In this document: one piece after another, positions 1 through 9,990 of the stretch | Position numbering within the stretch: the stretch's first letter is position 1 | Layout of the letters: the number at the start of each line of letters is the position of its first letter | DNA from: Geosiphon pyriformis uo1 | Taxonomy: Eukaryota; Fungi; Glomeromycota | DNA: 64,000 nucleotides | Reading direction: 5' to 3' | Assembly (NCBI GenBank): GCA_016748015.1 | Contig: JAAOMT010000258.1 | Location: 250,173 to 314,172, forward strand | Position numbers and translations under genes: made by a program | Notes under the pieces: model-generated | Databases searched by the model: none | Seen by the model: only the letters and a program-made list of their open reading frames with translations | What the model was told of the DNA's origin: nothing

Positions 1-68
1 ACACAATGTGATTTTGGTGATCACGAAGATGTTTAAAGTAGACATTTCTTAATCGTTGTATCCTGATG

Positions 69-3000
69 TTAATCTATCTCTATAATAGATTGGCCCTCCC
101 GATTAGATCTGGGTTGGGGAGATGAAGATGGTGGTGGAGGGTTGATTACATTGGCACTCATTAAACCCAAGCTAGGCTGAGCAGGCTCGGAAACTCTGTG
201 AAGAGAAAGTACCTGAGTTTGATTTGCCGATTGATGAGAGGATGTAGAATTTAATGTTCCTGCGTTAGTTGAAAGAGAAGATTGGTTAGGGAGCTGGGTA
301 AAAGCTGAGGATTGTGAAGGTATTGTTTGATGGGGAACCTCGGATGAGGGAACTGTCGATGGTTGTGGTGGTTGCAATGATAAGCGAGCTCCCTGAAGAG
401 CTTCGCTAAGCTCAGCATCTTTAAGTAATATGTTTTGAGCTTTGCGAAGTTTTGATTCTAGATTGTTAAGACAATCTATATCCCGGGTGACTTTTGCAAG
501 TTCGATGAGAAATTTGATGTAGGAATGAACATAAACGAAATGCCTCCCTGCCCTGGTGATGTAGGGATAAATTCAATTAATTTTAGTATTTGGATCCTTT
601 TCGTGGGAAACAGTGATGTCAATTCTTCGGTTTAGATCCTTAAATATTAATGGATTGAAAGCAACTGGTTCGAAACTTTTACCTTTCGAATTCTGGTTTC
701 CACACATTCATTACTGTTTTCGAAGAAGTTTTCAGTTGGAATAAATTTTGTAGCACAGTTTTAGCTTCATGTGGATTGTGTTCGACGTGATATAACAACC
801 AAGCATGCTATTTTAAAATAAAAGCCAAATGGATCAGCAAATAAACTAGGAGTTCCTATTTAATTTTATTTAATGCTTACCCTATATACAGGTCGGTGAA
901 GCCATTTGGGCTTGTCATTTTTACGGATTTCGGCAAGTCTTGCAAATATCAAATCGAATGCATATCTTTTATCTTGTGAAATTCTGACTTTGTGTGACTT
1001 TAGGCTATTAGAAGAATCACCCGAGTTATTGCTTTCACCATCAAGATATTTCTTCACAATTGTGGGCTTAAACAGGAAACAAACATTGAATAAAATAACT
1101 ATTAACGAAATAATAATAAGCATCGTCTAATGAATACCTCAATCTGACCGTGAAAAAGAAACTTTGCTAAGGTTGAAGTTAATTTGTATTCAGCATCAAA
1201 AATTCTTTCTTGTCCAGATATACCAGATCTTTCTGGTGTTCTTTCAAATGCCATCTTGTAGAGCCTCAGCACGACCTATACACATATAATTCAGTCAGTT
1301 TTTCAATTCCGAATATTTAAAAGTTAAAGCCTGTCACAAAAGTAATGCTCATCGGAATTTACTTGCCTGAGGATCTCTTCCAAGTTTTTGCATACATTTT
1401 CCTAGCATGTAAGGAATTCTTTGGTAATAACATGAGTGTAATTATTACCTTCATTATTATGCGGTGAAAAGACACTCAAATTCAGAGGGTCTAACCTCCA
1501 ATCACGACCATTCGAATTAAGCTCATTTTCTTCCATCTTTTCGTATTTCAAAGCTTGTCCTAAACAGTATGCAGCGAAAGAGTAACAATCTTCACGTGCT
1601 GGGACAGGAAGAGAAGTGAGTCGAGGATAAAAACTGGCCATCGACATTGGCTCGGTAGTCATTGAGTATACATGGTAGCCATAATCACGCCAGAAATTTA
1701 CCAACTCTGAATAGGGGATAGATTCTTGGGGCCCAAAGGGGCTTTCTTTTATTTTAGCTGCCAATGAATAACAAAGAAAGGACATCTAATTTGCAAAGAT
1801 CATTGTATTGATTCTTCAGAAATAATTGATTAAAGTTATTAAACAAGTAAAGATAGTTTCTAACCTTTTGATATACCGCGATGGCAAAAAAGTTGCTTTG
1901 GATCTCTGCTGCACTCCATGTCATACTTTCAGCCGCCAAGCTCGCATAACATGTAGCTAATGAATACCATGAGGCAAACCTATGAGGATTATAATAAAGA
2001 TCAAACTAGGAAGTTAAGTTTTTGGTAAATTTAGTAAATGGGGTGTATTTAAAAACATGATTAAATGAACGAAAGGCTAATAACCATACAGAGAATTGCT
2101 CTGCTGCATTTTGCAGCACAAAAACTGCCTTTGTCTGATTGGCTTTGGATCGGGTTCGATATTGATATAAAAATATTTTCCCACGTAGATAATAAAGCTG
2201 TTTTTGAATTTCTTCAAAATAAATTTTTATTAATGAATGTATTTTTAGTAAAAGCATAAAAAGCAGAGATTATACCGGGCTTATCGCTTGTCTTTGACTT
2301 TGCCAACCGATAATCAACGTATTGATGTAAGAGGGAATCTTCAAAATCAATGTCAGTTCTAAGATAGGTTTCGATCCAATTCCGATACATTTGAACGCTT
2401 ACTAAAACAAATGATTCAGTACATATAGATTTATGAATATGAAGGAAGATGTGGCAGAGATATCTACCATTCTGACTCGGAGGTGGACCAACTAGTGTGG
2501 CAATTTCATCTAAAGCATCCTTTATTCCGGTTTTTAATTGGCCTGTTCTCAAAGACTTTTCAGTGATGGAAGAACCAATCATCTGAAAGATTATTTCTGC
2601 CGCTTGAGTATCAAGCTTAAGTCTTTCTGTGTGGTGTTCTTCAGGTGGATCCATATCTACCTGAAGAATATTATAAATAAGATTAAGAATGGTTTGTGTT
2701 TTACCGAGTTTATATATTTGTATCGAGACTCTGTAACAGAACCGACATTTACCCCGAGCGTGAAACCATATAAACAATAGGAACATTGGAATGCTTGTTC
2801 CTGATATTCTGAAGGATTTAATGACGGAAGCACTGTTAAAGAAAGTTTGAGAAACGCGCCGTTGTCGGAACCACACATTTCCCGATTGCCTAGTTGTTTG
2901 TGCATGGTACTCAGGTGACCAGCTAGATTATCCTTTGATACGTTGGGTCCAATTACTGATAGAATTTTAAACAATAGAACGGCCATTCGAACGCAAAAAA

Positions 3001-6000
3001 CATTCAAAAGTGTTCCGACAATAGATTCCCCAGTACTGTTGACTAACTGCTCGTCTTGAGGAAACAATATTTCCAAAAGTAATTTGTACAATAGTCGGAC
3101 AGAATTTTTAAATTTTACACGATCTTCTTGGAATAGGCCAGCTACCGAATATCAATTAGGATTAAAGTTAAATAAGCATTTCATGTAGAGAATTCAATGT
3201 ATCTTCATACCAATTGATGAACAATGTGAAATCCGATCAGATATAGCGAATAATTGTTCGTTTATCTGAAAGGAAGAAGGAATATGAGTTATACGAGACA
3301 ACTCATATCATTGAAATCAGCTTATACCCACCGTATTAATTATTGTCCAAAATTGAACTATTTGGTCATCATTTATCCCCATTGAGACTGCGTTATTCAG
3401 TAGATTGACACATTCACAAAAATATCGCACAGAACGGGACCATTCATCTTTCGGCAAAGAATCGTCGATTTCCACCCATCTTATTTTATTTTCAATGGTT
3501 GCTTTGCTGATATGAGCATCATAGAAACTAAGAAATCAGCGTATAATTTAGCTACAAAAAATTGAGGCATAATTTCAAATAAGGAGAAACGCTATGACTG
3601 CTTACAAATTGGGCATCACAATAACGGGTTCATCTTCCGAACAAGTGGAAGCATAAATATCAAAACTCGAGCGACATAATTCCAGGCACTTCATTGCAGC
3701 AGAGAATTGTCCTCTACAAAGTTCAATTTGTGAACGTGACCAATGATACCTGTGCAAAAGTATCTCTATTTGTTAAAAATGTCGAATACTCGAGAAAATA
3801 TTAATACAAAGTAAAATCCCTAAAGCCACATACCGCACATTAAAAACCCTGATCCATTCATCATATTCTGCTAGGCATTTGATCCAATCTAGAGCCTTAG
3901 AAAAGGATGACCCGGAATCAATTATATCACAAAGATACATCTCTACGTTTTGAATGCTTGATATGCATTTGTCAAAAATTGTCTTTGGGGTCTGCAAAAA
4001 TGATAATGATATAATGACATCCCGCTGAATCTTCAAAGTAGGATAATAATATACAGAGGTTTTTTGGAATGGGCATACCATAGGGTAATAGCTGCTACAA
4101 GCCTCATCTTCTTCAAATCCTTGTGAACCTAACTTTGGCATCTTGGAATCCCAGAGTAGCTCCATGATCCCGAGAATGGTCTATGAAAAATGTCTGTTTT
4201 AATAAAAATATTCATCAAACAAAAAACTAACATTCGTAGGAAGTGAAAAACGTTTTGGAGGATAAAGAAATGTCACTGATTAAAGGATTGAGGGGAGAGG
4301 TTGCATGGCATGTTAAACTCGAATACCTCCATCGCCTTTCGGATGTACCAAACTTTTTCGCAATAATCATTAACTGTTGATTCTGTTTCTCTCGGGGAAA
4401 TAGCAGGTGAAAATCGACATGTTTCATCCAAATATTCTACTATCTGCTCCCCTTCGAGTTTTAATAAATCTCGAACACGTTCTTTCAGCTCATCAGGCCA
4501 GCGGCGACACCATATTGGTGAAGCAAGTTTATTATTAAACGGCGTCATGAATAAATGTATAATGAATTCTCGTATATGATTCGAAATTGGTAATTTTTTT
4601 GCATTTGCCTCTTGGCCATATACTGGTAAATTTTTTTTCGTAACTTCTTCATGAAAAAAGTTGTCAATGGGAGGTCGGTTTGTATGTGAAGAAAACATTG
4701 AAAGCCCTACATTAGATGCAGCTTTTGCTTTGCTGTCAAAAGCAAGATTTTTTATTAAATTACAACATGAAAAGGGAAATTTAAAATACAACTATCTCAC
4801 CAAGAATAATTTATTGACTCTTCAACGGATGCACTGATGACGGCTTCATTGTAGCTGGTCTGAGTCCAAACCTTCTCAAAGTAGTGAAGAATGATCTCTG
4901 AATCCACGCCATCACTTTTAATAAAGTACTCGGCATCGTAAGGTCGGAAGTCCTCCTCAATTTTAGTAGTAAACTCAACTGCGGCTAAGTCACGCTGCTT
5001 TTTAAAATCGTTTTTTTCTAATTTATGACGTACTCTCTTCGAAGATCTATCAAATTTCCTCCGATAAGTTTTCAAAATAAACGAATAAAAATCACTTCAA
5101 CCTTAAATTCAAATTTATACCTTACTGTTAATGATCCTTTTTCGTCCGTGGGTTCAATTATGACTGCTGCTTCTTTCCTTTTTCGTTTGGATGGAACATC
5201 GTCGACGTCCCTTGATTCATCGGAAGGTATGTCAGCTATGATATCAATGATCACAGGGCAGTCTCTTGGAGGAATTCCTTGTTCTGAACTATTGGTATAG
5301 AATAAAACACTTAATAAAATTATTATAAATGAGAATTTCAAATCAACTCTCATCACCGTTTTCGGCTCTTGTTTACATCTTTATAAATTTCCAGTAAGGT
5401 TTCAGCCATTCCTTTCCAGGTGCAAGCCTTTAGTGGGAAATGTAATATTTGAGGCCTTTCATTATAGAGAACTACCACGTAAAAAATTATAAGGCAATGA
5501 CACCTCAAAAATCTCGAATTATCACAAAATTAGGAATCAAAAATAAACCTGTAGCCCTAATTCGACGCGTTATTGTTCCGTAAGACGTTGGTTTTGTTTG
5601 AGGAGAAGACCAATAATAATCACTTTAAATAAATGAAGGCGGTATGTGTTTTGAGAATATAGTGGCATTTAAAATTAACTATTTGAACTAGATACATTGA
5701 GAAAACTTACGACGACAAAAAATTTGTCACCCATGTTTGCATCAATTGAGTTTTTAATTGATTTAACATCGAATTGTTAGGCTCGGCTTTAAGCCCAATG
5801 TCGCAAAGCTCGAGGCTTGTTTCAAAAGTCCCAAGATCCCAATGTAGCTATAGATATTTAGGACAAATATCTTTTTAGTTATTATTCTTCAAATTGAACT
5901 TTTGGCTGAAATTGACATACCCGAGCGAGCTCCTCTAAACATGCCCATTGTAATGGGGAATAAATTGACAGAGTAGTTGATCCTGGAGATGGACTATGAA

Positions 6001-6958
6001 GGCCTAGATTTGAAAATTTCAACGCCAAGGCTCTATTATCGATCACTTCAGATCCGAATAAGGTCGCCAAATTATAAGCTGAATGCCTGTCTGTTGAGTC
6101 GATGTATAGTGCCTGATTTAAATTGGAAATAGCTAGATATAAACGGAAGCCAAGATAACTTAATTCAACCGATCCTTATACTATTGATAGCCACCTTTTT
6201 ATAATAGATTACAGCGTCCTCTGCGGTTCGCTTCCTTCTGTCTCGTTGAAATTCTCGCTGAAGGATTTCTGCAAAGTTTTTAAATACTGCAAATTGTATC
6301 TGATGCTGTAGTGATGCCTGGCCCAAATAGCTTCCCTTCTCGATCTAATATGGTAACTAGAAGTCAGGTATCAATAGAATTTTGAAATAGAACAAACTCA
6401 GTGATTCTTGCCGGTTCGAGCGATTCTTGGATTAACTCTGTTCCTATAAGTTCTTTCAGAATTCCTTTTGCAGTATCATCATTGTGAAAATTTAGGTGGT
6501 TTAATGCTAGGTTTAACTTTTCTTGACATTGACGAAGCTATCAATATGATAAGCATGACGTTATTAATGAATTGTTTGATTAACTTCGGAAACTTTGTAG
6601 GTAAATGATTAGGATCTTCAGATCAACATCCAAAACGCCCATCCAATAAAATCTGCCGGGCCCTTGCAAGTGCCACAATGACAATGGCAAGCGCCACCGC
6701 AAAGAACCCTCTCTTCAAAAGACTTCAGTATAACTTAGTCATTTCCAAATACCTCTAAGTCCCGTAGATCCACAACCGGCGTAGGAGCGGTTGGCTCCTC
6801 ATGTTGATTGAGAGCAGTGAAACGAATCTTTTCAAGTATAAGGTAAAAGTAAGTAAAAATTTCTAAACACGAGAATTCTCTGCCTTCTTGGCAGTGCACA
6901 CCTTAGTTAGGTTTTTGTAGTGTTCAAAACACTTATGCATATAATTATCCCTTACCAT
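69..6958 (-). CDS. HIR3: Histone transcription regulator 3 / Cabin1 homolog (HIRA complex TPR scaffold), multi-exon
   Basis: Spliced N-terminus M|IRFTALN (ATG 6956-6958, exon 2 6827-6753). TPR-like exons QIQFAVFKNFAEIL...YYKK and ALYIDSTD...SPLQWACLEELAR. C-terminal Hir3/Cabin1 hallmarks KNDKPKWLHRPVYR (~880-920) and VMNVWKPEFER|AGRHFVYVHSYIKFL (~510-715). Low-complexity S/P/Q tail ends at TAA 69-71. Many short GT-AG introns; internal exon boundaries are not all resolved. Confidence 0.88.
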
Positions 6959-7204
6959 TCTGATAAGTTGGAAGGTGGCGAGAATAGAAGACCTCTAAAT
7001 GTCTTTCCTCGGCGATAGAACAATAATTTTTCAACGGGCCTTTCATTAATCTATCCATCTATCAGCTACTTGATATACAACCAATGAAAAGCTTAAAAAT
7101 AACCAAACTGATGATCAGTTGCGTAGTAATGATCAGGTTCAAAATCGCGAAAATAAATACCCACCTTTTCTCTCTTTCCTGAGCTAACTTCTTAAAATGC
7201 GGAT

Positions 7205-7560
7205 ACCATCACCTCTACTTCCCATGTGCCTAGTACAAAGCAAAAAGAGGATCTCGAGCGACAGAAGCAACTCCTTGATTTCCAACCTACAATACTGGGT
7301 CAGACATCAATTTCAAACGATGGGACTTAAGAACCTATTAGAACGGCAGAATGGTCTCGGAAACTGTGGTCATTCAGCGTGATAGACTTTGCCGATTTGC
7401 CTTCTATCTCTTATAATGTATCTTTCCTCCATTCTGCAAAACATGGCTCTCTTTGACGAGCATGAACTCTTACAAGAAATTCTTGCCATCAACATAGTCT
7501 TTATCTGCCGCATGCATGGAAGGAGAGCTGCCTACCATCGAAAAGAGCGTCAGAACAATG
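7205..7560 (+). pseudogene. tnpA: IS607 TnpA serine recombinase (resolvase catalytic domain), disrupted
   Basis: HVPSTKQKEDLERQKQLL (7223-7276; cf. RVSSxxQKxDLERQ, with the catalytic Ser codon now CCT). TGSDINFKR (7294-7320; cf. GSGINFKR), GLKNLLER, VVIQRDRLCRFAF (7366-7404) and ELLQEILAINIVFICRMHGRR (~7465-7527). No clear N-terminal MerR HTH. Confidence 0.85.
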
Positions 7561-8725
7561 AGAAGATAGAAAATACTTCAATCATAATTATTAATCAAAA
7601 GCAGCTCTTGAAGCTTGACGAGATTTGCTTATAATACTGTTGTCTACTGGAGTCGACATCGCTGCTTTATACCAAAAATTTCCATATCGATAAAGCCGTA
7701 ATCCATCAAAGATAAACTTAAGCTTTAGACAGATATTCGGACAAGAAAAGACGCTAATGAATGCGAAGACAAGAAACCCCAAAAAGCAGTAATATGGGTC
7801 AAATACATGTTTATGCGAATTGTTGTGTATCTCGGAATGTTGCTTCCGAATATTCATGGCAAAGCGACCACGAATATTATCGATAAGGCAACCGATGACA
7901 TTGATTTCTAGGGAATAAGTAATTAAGCGTTATGCGAATAGGCAAGGTCTATTAGCACACTATCATTTCGATCTCGAAAAGGTCTGGGACAATTCGTACG
8001 CAGGATTTTTCGAAATTCACATGGAACCGTTTCCATATTACTCATCTCCATAATCCGTCGATGGTTACTACACATCATTATAAGCCTAACATCAATCTGG
8101 ATGGTAAACTCACTTAATATCGCAAAACTGGATATACGAGGCTCAAAAACAGCTCCGCGAAGTCCAAGCGGATGGCTCTGTTCATGCAGTCTATTGATCC
8201 TGGCGTCTGTACATTTTTTACATAGTACTCTCCCACGAAGATTGGCCAACATTCTATTAGACGTATAGTTCGAGTACTTGCCGATCTCATCTCCAAAAAG
8301 GGTAGTTATTAGTATTCACCTCAAAACATAAGAATAAAATGGCCCAGGGGCTCGATAAGACGATTTTTTGGATGCGGCGAAAAGTACCTAGGTAAAGTGA
8401 AATTCACCGGAAATCAGTCATATTCTTTACCCGCAAGCTCGATACCATTGTCATTCCTCCTTTCAAAGTGTCGGACATGATGAATCGCAAGGCAAGAAAT
8501 ATTACGCAAAAACTGTCCAGAAAATGTTTTGGGCGCATTATCACTTTTGACAAGGTTGAGGAATTAGGTCCGTGTTATTATCCAGAACGAAGTTTACTCA
8601 TCAAGACTTGTGGTCAATGTGGCAACATCCAAAGAATCGGAGGGTCAAAAGTCTAAACCTGCCGGAATTGTGAGATTTTGATAGAGATGAAATTGGATCT
8701 TTCTCCCGGCATTGCTTGATGTGTT
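7349..8725 (+). pseudogene. tnpB: Fanzor2 / TnpB-like RNA-guided RuvC nuclease, disrupted
   Basis: QKQLLK..RFAYN (OrfB HTH, ~7596-7636), LSFRSRK (~7960-7980), RuvC-I SIDPGVCTF (D 8196-8198), SEIHRKSVIFFTRKLDTIVIPPF (~8395-8464), WAHYHF, VIIQNEVY (E 8589-8591), zinc finger CGQC (8609-8620)...CRNC (8660-8671), RuvC-III DRD (8680-8688), FLPALLD (8700-8720). Confidence 0.9.
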
Positions 8726-9208
8726 ACAATCCACCTGGTACGCTTTTACTTGATTGGTTTTGACAGTTTGAAAAAATTATGGTATTAATTTATGAACAAT
8801 TAAAATATTCATGGAGAATAAATTTTTTAAATTAAAATAAAAAGATGATTTAAAAGAATTTCAAAAGAATTATAACCATGTTAAAAAATATGCAACAAAA
8901 TTGGAAATTGATATTTAAATTTAAAAACAAATAAAATAACTAAGAACATGTTATTTTTATCCCATTATCAAAAAAATTATTTCAATTTAACTTGATGACT
9001 TTCGACAATTATATTTATTTTAAACTTCACGTTCAATTATTGACTTGAACTCTGGCCAAGATTGTTTTATATGACCTACGTGATCCAATTGAAAGCTTTT
9101 TTTCTATAATCTACCATTACAAAAAACTCTTCCCAATTTATTATTATCATTCGAACTCCCGAATTACAAGTTTACAATCGAGGAGGAATTAGAACCTAAA
9201 TCTATAAA

Positions 9209-9828
9209 CTAACTATTTGGCATGGATGTATAGAATGTATTGGGATTTGGTGGCTGTAGATATTTCAAGGATTAACTTAGTAATCTCCATTGTTTTGAAA
9301 GTTTGATCAAGTAGAAAAAGCAAAGAAATACCTTCCACCACTCGATTACGAATGATTTCACAAACGCGAACACAAGAAGACTTAGTGTTATCGTTATATA
9401 AAGATAAACAATTACTTGGTCTTTGTACGAATCACGCTCTAGGGGAAATGAAAGGTTAAAAATTTGTAAAAAAGAACTTCAGTTCTTTCCCTTTTCTCAA
9501 ACGCACCAAAACATGTTGCCGTCAACTGGATCCCATCTTTCTCCGGAAACTCATCTTCCTCTCCGTTCCCATTTCCTACTTTAGCACCAACACAAAAATC
9601 TTTCTCTTTCTTCAGCTGTTCTATGCAAAATTTCTTGTTACAGTCGGAGCATACTTTATGCTTAGCTTTGCCCTCGCCAAGTAAAATAATGTGCTTTTTA
9701 TTATAGCAAGAGCATTTGCAAATGGAGGCCAAGTTTCCAGCGTACGTTGGAGTCACCGTAGTTAATAGTAACAGTATCAAAACTATGGTAGAAGTTGCTA
9801 TGAAAAGTTTTGTGTGAAGTCTAGGCAT
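9209..9828 (-). CDS. Conserved fungal small Cys-rich single-pass membrane protein (signal peptide + Cys ectodomain + TM), 3 exons
   Basis: Exons 9828-9507, 9438-9332 and 9253-9209 with GT-AG introns. Signal peptide, CKCSC...CSDCNKKFC...ATCF|ERDSYKDQ, then hydrophobic VIVYLYITITLSLLVFAFV. Stop TAG 9209-9211. Confidence 0.8.
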
Positions 9829-9990
9829 ATTTCCTGAATCTAGATAGATTATTAATAACCCAATAGCTGATTTGGGAATTTATTCATAAGAATTCTAAAA
9901 TTACTCTTGATAAAGTGAAGTCAAATTATTGCTACCCACCTGTCAAATACGTCAAATCTCACCTAACACAACAACTAGGCGAAACCACCT
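9829..9990. promoter_or_regulatory. Compact divergent (probably bidirectional) promoter region
   Basis: Only 162 bp separate the divergent ATGs at 9828 and 9991. Inferred from gene geometry only. Confidence 0.5.

Larger units (their letters stand above)
7200..8782 (+). mobile_element. Degenerate IS607-family element (tnpA serine recombinase + Fanzor2/TnpB); ends approximate
   Basis: tnpA motifs followed colinearly by TnpB/Fanzor motifs on the same strand, broken by frameshifts and stops. No introns seen. Composition becomes AT-rich after ~8770. Confidence 0.85.

Noticed and set aside
906-5300. Plus-strand ORFs (906-1130, 2065-2259, 2538-2780, 5025-5300)
   Set aside because: Antisense shadows of HIR3 exons with no independent motifs.
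7040-7200. MerR-type HTH and left-end direct repeats of IS607 (ATGATCAG twice at ~7112 and ~7129)
   Set aside because: No convincing HTH translation. Two short repeats are too weak to define a left end without other copies.
7197-8656. ORF-track peptides 7197-7382, 7591-7857, 7923-8252 and 8114-8296 as independent small genes
   Set aside because: They are off-frame or antisense fragments of the tnpA/Fanzor pseudogenes.
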